Assembly (NCBI GenBank): GCA_044225365.1
Contig: JBGAIQ010000075.1
Coordinates: forward strand, 1-23,423
Direction of reading: 5' to 3'
Length of the DNA: 23,423 bases
Origin: Planctomycetota bacterium
GTDB taxonomy: Bacteria > Planctomycetota > B15-G4 > JADJEK01
This document shows positions 1 through 12,236 of this stretch, piece by piece. Each line of letters begins with the position of its first letter. Position 1 is the first letter of the stretch. The notes under the pieces were generated by a model, which searched no databases, was not told where the DNA came from, and saw nothing but the letters and a program-made list of their open reading frames with translations. Made by a program: the position numbers and the translations under genes.

Positions 1-40
1 GATTCTGTACGGGACTAGCGTTTCATATCGCAAGGGAAGA

Positions 41-64
41 GCCGGGCTGGAGCCCGGCGCTCCC
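41..64 (-). repeat. Solo REP-like palindrome just downstream of coxA; possible terminator or mRNA-stabilising hairpin
   Basis: The minus strand reads GGGAGCGCCGGGCTCCAGCCCGGC. Its 18-nt core GCCGGGCT-CC-AGCCCGGC (41-58) is identical to the core of the repeats at 11923-11940, 11999-12016 and 12050-12067, in opposite orientation. Confidence 0.8.
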
Positions 65-81
65 CGTATCGTGAACTCTTG

Positions 82-1781
<1,700 letters not shown>

Positions 1782-1785
<4 letters not shown>

Positions 1786-2849
1786 TTCACGTCCTTCAGG
1801 GACTTGACGTAGGCGACGAGAACTTCGATGTAATCAGGCTGCAGGACGCCCTTGAACGTGGGCATCGATGTCCCGCCTTGGAATCCGGCGACGATCTGCG
1901 CGCTCGGCTCCTCGATCGACTTCTGGACGTAGGCTTCGTCCGCGATCTGCTTCGTGCCGTCGGCGAACGCGACCTCGTGTCCGAACACGCCGCCGAGCCC
2001 GGGGCCGATCAGCTTCTGGGTATCCGCGCGATGGCACTGGGTGCAGAAGGTGTCGAAGACGCGCTTGCCGGCTTCGGCCGGCTTGAAGTCGGGCCGGATG
2101 ACCTTGTGCTCGGCATCCGCGTACTTCAGCTTCACCAGCCAGTTCGCTTCCTCGTAGACCCACTTCTGGAAGTCTTCCTCGGTGTGGACGAAGACCTGCG
2201 CGAGCATGTCGCTGTGCTGGGTGCCGCAATACTCGGTGCACTCGACGATGTACTGCCCGACCTTCGTCGGCGTGAACCAGGTCTTGGTGTAGCGACCCGG
2301 CACGACGTCCATCTTGGTGCGGAACGCCGGGATGAAGAACGAGTGGATCACGTCGCTCGACGTCATCGTCATCGTCGTCGGACGACCGACGGGCAGGTGG
2401 AGTTCACCGGACTGCGCGCCGTTCGGGTACTTGAACGTCCAGCTCCACTTCTGCGCCTGGACCGAGATCTGGTAACTGTCCTGCGGCGGCTCGCGGAGAT
2501 CGAGGTAGCCGACGAATCCGCGCCAGAACATGTAGACGAGGACGAATCCCGGCGGCACCGACCACAACAGCTCGAGGGCCGTGTTGTGCGTGGCCGTGCG
2601 CTCCGCGATGGGATGCGTCTTTCGGTTGTATTTGAAGATGAAGTAGAACAGGACGAAGAAGATCAGAACGGTGAAGAAGATCGACCAGTTCTGAATCATG
2701 TAGTACGTGTCGTCGAGGTCCTTCGCGACCGTCGACGCCTGCGGCGGGAACAGGAACGAACCCGGCTCGCTCGAGATCTTCCACTTCGTCTTGTCGACCG
2801 CCTGCTGGAGGAGCAGAGCCGTCGAGATCAGCGCGGGGTTGAGAATCAT
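1782..2849 (-). CDS. coxB: Cytochrome c oxidase subunit II with C-terminal cytochrome c domain (caa3 type), 355 aa
   Basis: Two TM helices, [15 protein letters not shown], CuA ligands in DVIHSF and [12 protein letters not shown], and a C-terminal CTQCH with a downstream Met (SMPTF). Start moved from the ORF-track 3194 to ATG 2849, which overlaps the SCO stop (ATGA). Confidence 0.96.
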
Positions 2850-3721
2850 CCGTTCACCACCTTGGCTTGTCCCGCCCCGGGCCCTCGTCCGGCCTCGAAG
2901 CGAAACATCCGCCACAGGAACCAGCCCAGCGCCGCGATCGTGAGCGCGCCGCCGAGCATCATGAAGTTGCTGGCAAAGAGCACGTAGCTGTTCGTGCTCT
3001 CGTCGTAGTTGAAGCAGAGCAGGAAGACTTCGGAGTAGAGATCGCCGATCTTGCCCTCGGAGGCTTCGATGATCGACATCTTGAGGACGGTCGGGAAGAA
3101 GTTGAGCCCGCCGATGTAGCGCGCGATCTTGCCCTTCGGCGTGACGAACACGATGCACGGGTAGTGCGCGATCTTGTTCGCGTCGCCGGTCCACTTGAAG
3201 CGGTATCCGACCGAGTCGGTGAAGCGCAGGAGGTTCTTCTCGTCGGCGCGCAGGAACGACCAGTCCATTCCTTCACGGTCGACCTGCTTCACGTAGCGCG
3301 TGCGACCCGCGAGCGCCTTGTCCTGGCTCTCGGTGTGATCGAGCGAGATCGTGACGAGGCGGAAGTCCTTACCCGCCGTCAGCGGGATCTCCTTCAATGC
3401 TCCGGCGAGCATCTGGAGCTGCGCGCTGCACACGCTCGGGCAGTCGGAGAAGTTGAAGGTGAACAGCACCGGCTTGTTGCCGTCGAACAGGTCGCGGATC
3501 TTCAAGACCTTGCCGTCTTGATCCGTGAACTGCGCGTCGAGATCCGGAGTCGCGTCGAGCTTCTGCTTCACCCCGACCCCATCGAGTCCAGGCGGCAACC
3601 CGCCATTGTCGGGGCGACCGGCGTTCTCCTTGAGGAGAGGCGTCGAGAACAGCTGTGCGGGGGCCTTGGCGGCGAGCGCCGAGGCCAGGACCAACACGAG
3701 ACTCGCGACTCGAACGTTCAT
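2846..3721 (-). CDS. SCO1/SenC-family copper chaperone
   Basis: Signal peptide, CPSVC (CxxxC), distal His (AHYP), C-terminal TM helix; lies directly upstream of coxB. Confidence 0.9.
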   Translation of the reverse strand: MNVRVASLVLVLASALAAKAPAQLFSTPLLKENAGRPDNGGLPPGLDGVGVKQKLDATPDLDAQFTDQDGKVLKIRDLFDGNKPVLFTFNFSDCPSVCSAQLQMLAGALKEIPLTAGKDFRLVTISLDHTESQDKALAGRTRYVKQVDREGMDWSFLRADEKNLLRFTDSVGYRFKWTGDANKIAHYPCIVFVTPKGKIARYIGGLNFFPTVLKMSIIEASEGKIGDLYSEVFLLCFNYDESTNSYVLFASNFMMLGGALTIAALGWFLWRMFRFEAGRGPGAGQAKVVNG

Positions 3722-3761
3722 CGTCGGGGGCGCCGCCGGAGGGGCGACGCCATGACCTTTC

Positions 3762-4049
3762 TCAGTGCTTCACCTTGGAGAGAACCAACTGCTTCGCGCG
3801 CTCGATGTCGATTCGTGCGTGCGACTGCTTGTCCTTGTCGACCCACTGCCACTCGTGGATCTGCTCGGTCGCTGCCGTGCGCAGTTCGTGGAGACGCTCG
3901 GGCGGGTTCGCGTTCTTGCGCGCGAAGTCGACCGACTCGCCCCAGTGGAACAGGGCCTGCACGGCGAACACGGTGGCGATCGTCAGCATCGTGCCGGTGC
4001 CGACGACGAGGAAGAGCGTGGGAGTGTCAACGACGTCTTTTTCCGCCAT
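3762..4049 (-). CDS. actG: Small single-TM protein, probable ACIII subunit ActG
   Basis: 95 aa with one TM helix. The C-terminus WVDKDKQSHARIDIERAKQLV resembles the WVD...IPIxRAM signature of the small gene between actF and SCO. The call relies partly on position. Confidence 0.7.
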   Translation of the reverse strand: MAEKDVVDTPTLFLVVGTGTMLTIATVFAVQALFHWGESVDFARKNANPPERLHELRTAATEQIHEWQWVDKDKQSHARIDIERAKQLVLSKVKH

Positions 4050-4059
4050 GGTTCACCTA

Positions 4060-5283
4060 TCAAGCATTCTTGAAGCGGAGCGATTCGTCGAAGAACGGAT
4101 CGCGGATCGCCGCGATCAGGCCCTGACGGCTGCGAGCGACGAACCCGCCCGCCAGCAGACCGAACAATCCCACCATGCACGCTACATCGACGATCGAGAA
4201 GCCGAGCTCGGTCTTGTAGTGCGTGGGCTTCACGAGCCAGAAGTGGTCGACGTAGTGCATCACGAGGATGTACGCCGCCCAGAATCCCACCGTCGCCTTG
4301 TTGCGCTTCATCTGGCGCGACATGATTCCGCCGAACGGAATCGCGAAGTGACCGAAGAGGAGGAGAAGGCTGACCGAGCCCCACGGTGCGCCCTGGCGCA
4401 TCTTGTACCAGAAGGTCTCTTCAGGCAGGTCCGCGTACCAGATCAGCATGAACTGCGAGAACGCGATGTAGCCCCAGAAGAACGTGAACGCGAACATCCA
4501 CTTGCCCATGTCGTGGTAGTGCTCGGTCGTGACCACGTCGGTGAGACGACCGCGCTCCTGCATGAACAGGCAGACCAGGGTGAGCGTCGCGAAGAACGAG
4601 AGCGAGGCGCCGCCGAAGATGTACACGCCGAAGATCGTGCTGAACCAGTGCGGCTCGAGCGACATCACGAAGTCGAATGCGGCGAACGTCGTGGTGAGGG
4701 CGAGCAGGATCACCGCCGGCGCCGATCGCGCGCGCAGCTTCGCGGTGATGTGCGGATCGCCGTTCAGGTCCTGAGCGCGCGAGTTACCGAGATAGAAGCG
4801 CGACAGGCCGATCCACACCAGGAAGTAGATCACCGCGCGCAGAGCGAATCCGTTCTTCGACAGGAAGCCGGCCTTGCCCTGGATCAGATGATCGTGGGCG
4901 CGCATGTCGGGATCGAGCCACTCGTAGAGCGAGTGATTGCCCATCAGCACCGGGATCAGGATCGGCAGGAACAACACGAAGAGCAGCGGGAAGTTCCCCG
5001 TCATGATCTCCGCGAGCCGGCGAACCGTGATGTTCCACTTCGTGCCGACCAGGTGATTGATCGCGACGAAGAAGAGCGCGCCGAGGTGGATCGTCAGGAA
5101 GAACATGTAGGCCGTGAGGTAGGCGAAGCTGAACTTCGCGTACTCGTCGTGCGCCATGTACCCGAGCGTCGCAGCGATCGCGACGCCCGCGACGCCGAGC
5201 GTCCGAAGGATCGGCGCCCACGTCCGCGAGTCCTCGCCGAGCGTGCATTGCTGTCTCAGTTCATCTGCGGTCAGAGCATGCAT
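4060..5283 (-). CDS. actF: Alternative complex III membrane subunit ActF
   Basis: Polytopic 407 aa protein with MSLEPHWFSTIFG and HDMGKWMFAF...FSQFMLIWYADLPEET; GGAG RBS upstream of the ATG; operon position. Confidence 0.92.
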   Translation of the reverse strand: MHALTADELRQQCTLGEDSRTWAPILRTLGVAGVAIAATLGYMAHDEYAKFSFAYLTAYMFFLTIHLGALFFVAINHLVGTKWNITVRRLAEIMTGNFPLLFVLFLPILIPVLMGNHSLYEWLDPDMRAHDHLIQGKAGFLSKNGFALRAVIYFLVWIGLSRFYLGNSRAQDLNGDPHITAKLRARSAPAVILLALTTTFAAFDFVMSLEPHWFSTIFGVYIFGGASLSFFATLTLVCLFMQERGRLTDVVTTEHYHDMGKWMFAFTFFWGYIAFSQFMLIWYADLPEETFWYKMRQGAPWGSVSLLLLFGHFAIPFGGIMSRQMKRNKATVGFWAAYILVMHYVDHFWLVKPTHYKTELGFSIVDVACMVGLFGLLAGGFVARSRQGLIAAIRDPFFDESLRFKNA

Positions 5284-5356
5284 GCGAGATCGCTCCAGCC
5301 TGTCGTGCCTGTTGTGGGGTTTCGTCGGTCCTGATTCTGCCGGTTCGGTTGCCGCA

Positions 5357-6619
5357 TCACTTGATCGCCCCGATCTTGGCCCGATCGTCGGGGGTCAGAT
5401 CCTTGGCTTCCGTGTACTGGCTCTGCTGGAGCGCACGGACGTAGAGCGCGATCGCCCAGCGGTCGCGAGCGTTCGGCAACTGACCCTTGTAGGAGGGCAT
5501 CGTGGCCTTGCCATTCGTGATGGTGCCGAAGATCTCGGCGATGCTCTGGATGCGGATGAGGTCGTCGTGATACGACTTCTGCACCCACTTCGCCTTGCCC
5601 TGGGTCTGCAGCTCCATCGCCCGCACGCCGACCGCGCCCTTGCCGTCGCCGGCGATGCCGTGGCACGGCGTGCAGTAGATCGTGAAGCGATCGCGGCCGC
5701 GCTCCATCAGCGCCGTCAAGTCACCTGCGGCCGCGGGGATCTCGGGGAGCCAATCGCCCTTCAGGGTCTTGCCCGTGTTGAACCGAATGTCCTCGTCCTC
5801 GACCACGTCGGTCACTGCGACCGTGCCATCGACCTGAGGCCGCGTCGCACGCCCATCCTCGAACAGCGTGCTCGCGCGCTGCGCCTTGTACTTCGGCTGA
5901 TAATCCATGTCCCAGATCAGATTGATGCGGGGCTCAGTGGTCGTGGAGTAGCGGGCGCGCACGGCGATCGCGAGGGGAATGAAGGTCGCACTCGCGAGGA
6001 CGATGAGCGTGAAGAGGATCGCGGTCGGGAACGGAGGACGCCGCACGTGATCCATCACTTCGTCGACGGAGAGCTTCGAGACGGTCTCGAGCAGCTCCTT
6101 CGTGCGCTTGCGATGGAACAGCGGATCGGCTTCGTCGATCGCGATGAAGAAGCGATCGTCCGTCGCGCGCTTGAACCGTTCGCTGCGGAACAACGGGTGA
6201 TAGAACGCGGGCAGCCAGTTGAGCAGCAGGATCGAGAAGAACGTCGTGATCGCGGAGAGCAGGACCGTGAGCTCGAAGTAGATCGGCACCGAGGCCGGAA
6301 TGCTCCAGTACGGCTTGCCCGAGATCAGGAACGGATAGTCGATCGCATTGCACCACCACTGGAGTCCGATGGCGGTGGCGAGGCCGGTGAGACCGCCGCC
6401 GAGGACGATCCAGGGAAGGATCGTCATCTTGACGCCCATCGCATCCTCGATGCCGTGCACCGGGAAGGGCGTGTGGGCGTCCCACTTGGTGTAACCCGCG
6501 TCGCGCACCTTCTCACAGGCGTGCATCAGGTCATCGACGTTGTCGAACTCGGCGAGGTAGCCCGAGACCTTCAGCTCGTCGTAGTTCGGCGCCGGCGCGT
6601 CTGCGTGATCGTGGCTCAT
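5357..6619 (-). CDS. actDE: Fused ActD (DUF3341) - ActE (monoheme cytochrome c), 420 aa
   Basis: The N-terminal half has AEF...DAHTPFPVHG...FELTVL...DDRFF (ActD). A third TM helix follows, then DMDYQPK...FEDGR..RP.VDGTV, CTPCHG (5657-5674) and MPSY (ActE). The ORF is uninterrupted. Confidence 0.92.
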   Translation of the reverse strand: MSHDHADAPAPNYDELKVSGYLAEFDNVDDLMHACEKVRDAGYTKWDAHTPFPVHGIEDAMGVKMTILPWIVLGGGLTGLATAIGLQWWCNAIDYPFLISGKPYWSIPASVPIYFELTVLLSAITTFFSILLLNWLPAFYHPLFRSERFKRATDDRFFIAIDEADPLFHRKRTKELLETVSKLSVDEVMDHVRRPPFPTAILFTLIVLASATFIPLAIAVRARYSTTTEPRINLIWDMDYQPKYKAQRASTLFEDGRATRPQVDGTVAVTDVVEDEDIRFNTGKTLKGDWLPEIPAAAGDLTALMERGRDRFTIYCTPCHGIAGDGKGAVGVRAMELQTQGKAKWVQKSYHDDLIRIQSIAEIFGTITNGKATMPSYKGQLPNARDRWAIALYVRALQQSQYTEAKDLTPDDRAKIGAIK

Positions 6620-6646
6620 TGCCTGTCGTCTCCGCGCTTTTCTTTC

Positions 6647-8029
<1,383 letters not shown>

Positions 8030-8046
8030 AGGGTCTCGTTCTTATC

Positions 8047-11000
8047 TCAATGACCGCCCTGTTCACTCGCAGCCGGGTGCTTGCTGAGCGAAGGGTTCTT
8101 GTTGGAGATACGAGCCATGTACTGGGTGCGCGGCTTGATGTTGAGGAAGCCGAGCATCGCGTAGGACCGCGCATGTTCGTGCTTCTTCGTGACGCGCGAA
8201 CTCTTGTCGTTGAGGTCGCCGAAGATGATCGAGTTGCTCGGGCACGCCTGCTCGCAGGCGGTCACGATCTCGCCGTCCTTGACCTCGCGACGCTCGTTCT
8301 TCGCCTTGTGCGTGACGGCCTTGATGCGATGGACGCAGTAGGTGCACTTCTCCATCACGCCGCGCGCCCGGACGGTGACATCCGGGTTGTAGAGCATCTT
8401 GAGGATCTCGTTCTCCGGCTCCTTCACATCGAGGTGATAGTTGAAGAAGTTGAAGCGACGGACCTTGTACGGGCAGTTGTTCGAGCAGTAGCGCGTGCCG
8501 ACACAGCGGTTGTAGACCATGTCGTTGAGGCCTTCCTTCGAGTGCATCGTGGCACCGACGGGGCAGACCTCTTCGCAGGGCGCGTTCTCGCACTGCTGGC
8601 ACATGACGGGCTGGGAGACGACGACGGGATCGTCGACCTCGCCGCTGAAGTAGCGGTCGATGCGCAGCCAGTGCATCTCGCGGCTGCGCCACACGCGCTC
8701 CTTGCCGACGACGGGCACGTTGTTCTCGGCCTGGCAGGCGACGACGCAGGCATTGCATCCGGTGCAGGTCGCGAGGTCGATCGCGAGGCCCCACTTGTGG
8801 CCGGTTTCGTACTTCTCGGGCGCTTCCCACAGCGATTCGAGCGGCGGGCCGTGCTCCTCGCCGTGGATCGCTTCCGGATTCGCCTTGTAGGCGGTGACGT
8901 CGGCCTCGTGGATCAGCATGTGGATGCGCTCTTCGCGCCCTTCCATGCCGACCGCGTCCATCATGTGGTGCTCTTGCGTCTGCGCGAGCTTGTAGGTCTC
9001 GGCCTTCGGCGTGATCGTGAGACCGGAGCCGAAGAAGAAGCGATCGGAGGTGCGCAGCTTGTAGCTGTCGACACCGACCGGCGGGACCTGCTTCTCGACG
9101 CTGCCGCCGACTCCACCCGCATGCGTGCGACCGTAGCCGAGCCAGATCGTGACCGAGCTCGGAGCGTGACCCGGCATCACGTACACGACGCAATCGAGCG
9201 AGCGATCGCCGACCTTGAGGGTCGCCATCTGCTCGGTCGTGACGCCGATCGCCGCCGCGGTCGACGGCGCGATGAGCGCGACGTTGTCCCACGTCATGCG
9301 CGTCATGAAGTCCGGCGCTTCCATGAGCCAGCCGTTGTTCGCGTAGCGGCCGTCATAGAGCTTGGTGTCCGGCGCGAAGTTGATCTCGAGCTGGCCGTTC
9401 TGCAGCTGCTCCTCGATCGCGCCCGCGGCGGGCATCGGCTTCAGCGGGCCCTTGATCTGCGGCTTCTCCAGCGCCGGGCGCGAATTGTCGACGATGCCGT
9501 CGCGCAGCGATCGCCGCCACGCCTTCTCGTCGGTGCCGTAGCGCGAGTCGAAGGCGCGTCGCACCAGATCGTGCCCGTTCGACAGTTCGTCGCCGGCGAG
9601 CATCGCGACGAGTTCGATCGCGCTCTTGCCCTTGTAGAGCGGCGAGATCATCGGCTGGACGAGGAGGTGCGTGCCGTCGTAGGCGCGCGCGTCGCCCCAG
9701 GCTTCGAGATAGTGCGCCATCGGCAGATGCCAATCGCACAGCGCACTCGTCTCGTCGTCGTACTGTGCGAGATGGATCTTGGTCTTCACCTTCGCGAGCG
9801 ACTCACCGAAGTGGCAGTCCGCCGGCGCGTCGTAGGCGGGGTTGCCGCCGAGGATCACGAGCGTGTCGACCTGGCCCTTGTCCATCGCATCGGACAACGC
9901 CTTGATGTCGTCGACGTGCCGCAATCGATCCGAGTCGGCAACCTTCACGTAGCTGACGGTGGTCCCGACGTTGCCGAGCGTCTGATTCAACTGATGAACG
10001 CGGGCCTGGACCTCGGCCGGCTGGCGCGATCCCACTGCGATGAGGCAGCGGCCCTTCGCATTGTTGAGATCCTGCGCGAGCGCCTTCAGGAAGAAGCCCG
10101 TCTTGTTGTCACCGGTGAGCGGCGACGCGCCGGGGGAACCGGGGATACCGAGCGCTTCCTCGAGCCCGTTCAGGAACGCGCCGATGAGGCTCGTGCGGAG
10201 CGGGAGACGGTGATCGGCGGCCGCGCCGGTCGTCGTGTAGTTCGACTCGACGACGTAGAGACGGCTCATCGCGCCCTTGTCGGGATCTCGGCGCTGCGCG
10301 AACGCGCGCTGATTCGCGATCGCGTTCGGGTGCTGGCCGAGCATGTCGCAATCGAGGCAGAGGACGACGTCCGCGGCCTCGAGCTTGAACAGCGGGCGAT
10401 AGACGGCGCCGAACGCGATCGAACTGCCGACGCGCGCGTCGTCGTCGGAGATCGCTTCGTACTCGTGCCACATCGACTTCGGATAGGCCTTCTGGAACCG
10501 CTGCCGCACGTCGAGCAAGGTGTCGGAACTCGACGCCTCCGAGAGGATGCGCAGGCCTTCGCCCTGCTTGTTGCGCAGCGCGGTCCAGTTGGCGCTCGTC
10601 GCGGAGATGAATTTGGTGAAGTCGAGACGGCCCGCGGCGCCGTTGCCGTTCGCCGCGGCGGCCGCGTTGCGAGCGATTACACCGACGTTGCGGTCGGGAT
10701 CGTAGAGCGAGAGGACGGAGGCGATCGACTGCGCGCTCGCCGCACCGCCGTTCGGCGCGTAGCGCGGATTGCCCTCGGCCTTGATCGGCCGGCCGTCGTA
10801 GCACGTCATCTGCAGCGGCACCGCGACGCCGGAGACGTCCATCGCCGTCGCGAAGAACTGCGGAACGCCCGGGACGCGATTGTCCGGTCGGGTGTTCACG
10901 TCGACGATCTTCTCGGTCTCCCAGCGACAGCCCGCGGCGCTCGCGAGTGCGGCCGAGGCGCCGAGGAGCTGAACGAAGCGACGGCGCGACACCGGAGACA

Positions 11001-11106
11001 GCTTCTCCGGCTCGACCTCGGGGAATTCGCGCCGGATGAGCGCGATGACCGCTTCCTCGTTCTCGAGGTGGTTCAGACTGCGGTAGTACTTCTTGGGCTC
11101 GGTCAT
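8047..11106 (-). CDS. actB: Alternative complex III subunit ActB (molybdopterin-oxidoreductase-like domain plus Fe-S domain), Tat substrate and probable lipoprotein
   Basis: Extended N-terminus YYRSL...EFP, twin-arginine SRRRF, lipobox-like AAGC (Cys60), GRPIKAEGNP. Cluster motifs CTGCNACVVAC, CQQCENAPCEEVCP, CVGTRYCSNNCP and CTYC...CEQACP. Confidence 0.96.
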   Translation of the reverse strand: MTEPKKYYRSLNHLENEEAVIALIRREFPEVEPEKLSPVSRRRFVQLLGASAALASAAGCRWETEKIVDVNTRPDNRVPGVPQFFATAMDVSGVAVPLQMTCYDGRPIKAEGNPRYAPNGGAASAQSIASVLSLYDPDRNVGVIARNAAAAANGNGAAGRLDFTKFISATSANWTALRNKQGEGLRILSEASSSDTLLDVRQRFQKAYPKSMWHEYEAISDDDARVGSSIAFGAVYRPLFKLEAADVVLCLDCDMLGQHPNAIANQRAFAQRRDPDKGAMSRLYVVESNYTTTGAAADHRLPLRTSLIGAFLNGLEEALGIPGSPGASPLTGDNKTGFFLKALAQDLNNAKGRCLIAVGSRQPAEVQARVHQLNQTLGNVGTTVSYVKVADSDRLRHVDDIKALSDAMDKGQVDTLVILGGNPAYDAPADCHFGESLAKVKTKIHLAQYDDETSALCDWHLPMAHYLEAWGDARAYDGTHLLVQPMISPLYKGKSAIELVAMLAGDELSNGHDLVRRAFDSRYGTDEKAWRRSLRDGIVDNSRPALEKPQIKGPLKPMPAAGAIEEQLQNGQLEINFAPDTKLYDGRYANNGWLMEAPDFMTRMTWDNVALIAPSTAAAIGVTTEQMATLKVGDRSLDCVVYVMPGHAPSSVTIWLGYGRTHAGGVGGSVEKQVPPVGVDSYKLRTSDRFFFGSGLTITPKAETYKLAQTQEHHMMDAVGMEGREERIHMLIHEADVTAYKANPEAIHGEEHGPPLESLWEAPEKYETGHKWGLAIDLATCTGCNACVVACQAENNVPVVGKERVWRSREMHWLRIDRYFSGEVDDPVVVSQPVMCQQCENAPCEEVCPVGATMHSKEGLNDMVYNRCVGTRYCSNNCPYKVRRFNFFNYHLDVKEPENEILKMLYNPDVTVRARGVMEKCTYCVHRIKAVTHKAKNERREVKDGEIVTACEQACPSNSIIFGDLNDKSSRVTKKHEHARSYAMLGFLNIKPRTQYMARISNKNPSLSKHPAASEQGGH

Positions 11107-11149
11107 CGTCGTTCCCGTGGTTCCGTTTCAGGTCGACTGATCGATCGTC

Positions 11150-11803
11150 TCAGCGATGGCAGGTCGAGCAGTCGGTGGACGGCTTCAGACCGTATTCCTG
11201 GATCAACTTCTCACCGACCGCGCGCGCATCGCCCTTCTCCGGCGTCCACGCGAGGTTCGTCACCTCTTCGCGCGGCCGGATGTGCGGTGCGGGATCGCGA
11301 TGGCATTCGAGGCACCAGCCCATCGACAAGGGCTGCTCCTGGCGGACGACTTCCATCTGGTCGATGCGCCCGTGGCACTCCACGCACGACACGCCGGAGT
11401 TCACGTGTCGGCTGTGATTGAAGTACGCGAAGTCCGCGAGGTCATGGACGCGGTTCCACTTCACGGGCAGCGACGCGGCGTGCGAATCGCGCAGCAGCTT
11501 CAGCTTGTCGCTGTCGAGCAGCACCTTGTCGTGGCAGTTCATGCAGGTCGCGGTCGGCGGCACCGCGGCGTGCTGCGTGCTCTCGACCGTGTTGTGGCAG
11601 TACCGGCAATCGATGCCGAGCTGACCCGCGTGGAGCGCGTGGCTGTACGGGATCGGCTGCAGGGGCGCGTAACCGACATCCGTTGCACTCGGGGAGAAGC
11701 CGACCCAGACCAACACCGTCGCATACAACCCACCGCCGACGGCGAGGACGCCGAGCAGTTCCTTCAGGTTGTTGGTCCAGCTCGGGAAGATGAAGTTCGA
11801 CAT
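11150..11803 (-). CDS. actA: Alternative complex III pentaheme cytochrome c ActA, 217 aa
   Basis: N-terminal TM anchor, QPIPYSHALH, and five CxxCH motifs (CRYCH, CMNCH, CVECH, CLECH, CSTCH). Start is ATG 11803 or 11809; the ORF-track extension to 11956 runs into repeat DNA. Confidence 0.95.
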   Translation of the reverse strand: MSNFIFPSWTNNLKELLGVLAVGGGLYATVLVWVGFSPSATDVGYAPLQPIPYSHALHAGQLGIDCRYCHNTVESTQHAAVPPTATCMNCHDKVLLDSDKLKLLRDSHAASLPVKWNRVHDLADFAYFNHSRHVNSGVSCVECHGRIDQMEVVRQEQPLSMGWCLECHRDPAPHIRPREEVTNLAWTPEKGDARAVGEKLIQEYGLKPSTDCSTCHR

Positions 11804-11865
11804 AGGCATCCCAATTGCGCGGGTGCGCGGGGCACGATGCTGCGAGAATGCACACTCAGGGCGGG

Positions 11866-11910
11866 ATGCTACGGTCGCCACGGTGCGAAAGAAATGCGGC
11901 AAATCGCCAC
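11866..11910 (-). promoter_or_regulatory. Candidate act-operon promoter with a RegA/RegR-like box
   Basis: Minus-strand TAGCAT (-10-like) at 11871-11866, a poor -35 (TTTCTT) 17 nt upstream, and GTGGC-GATTT-GCCGC at 11910-11896. Confidence 0.4.
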
Positions 11911-11917
11911 ACGATTC

Positions 11918-12088
11918 GGACCGCCGGGCTCCAGCCCGGCATTTCTCCGAAACCAACGGCGACCTCCGGGACCTCCGGGCTCCAGCTCGGGCCGGACCGC
12001 CGGGCTCCAGCCCGGCATTTCCCAGGAGCTAACTCCGACCTCCGGGACCGCCGGGCTCCAGCCCGGCATTTCCCCGCATCCAACGTCG
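11918..12088 (+). repeat. Tandem cluster of REP-like palindromes (three exact copies and one degenerate copy)
   Basis: GGACCGCCGGGCTCCAGCCCGGCATTTC is exact at 11918-11945, 11994-12021 and 12045-12072. A truncated copy with two mismatches starts at 11969. Start-to-start spacing is 51, 25 and 51 nt. Confidence 0.92.
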
Positions 12089-12114
12089 GCGTCCGAGAAT
12101 TCGACGAGTCTTCC

Positions 12115-12142
12115 TCAACTTCCCGCGCGCCGGCGACGAAAA
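12115..12142 (+). promoter_or_regulatory. Candidate sigma28 (FliA)-type promoter
   Basis: TCAA-N16-GACGAAAA versus consensus TAAA-N15-GCCGATAA, about 95 nt upstream of ATG 12237. Confidence 0.3.
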
Positions 12143-12236
12143 GAAACCCGTAGCACCCGCTTCGTCACACCGTGCAGGGGGCCGCCCGCGCTCGCATTCG
12201 CAGCGCGGTTCTCGAGGCAAAAAGGAAGAAATCCCG

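Noticed and set aside
2850-3194. 115-aa N-terminal extension of CoxB in the ORF track
   Set aside because: It overlaps the SCO gene out of frame; the ATGA coupling at 2846-2849 gives a natural start.
8047-11106. ActB as an active molybdoenzyme (polysulfide or DMSO reductase type)
   Set aside because: Operon context and the fused Fe-S domain identify it as ActB, whose molybdopterin-like domain carries no cofactor in characterised ACIII.
11918-12088. CRISPR array
   Set aside because: The variable segments are only 14 nt and resemble each other, spacing is irregular, no cas genes are present, and a solo inverted copy lies at 41-64. This fits a REP-like repeat.
11810-12236. Short ORFs across the intergenic repeat region, including the ActA extension to 11956
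   Set aside because: They translate the palindromic repeats (e.g. AGLQPG, CRAGARR) and show no coding signal.
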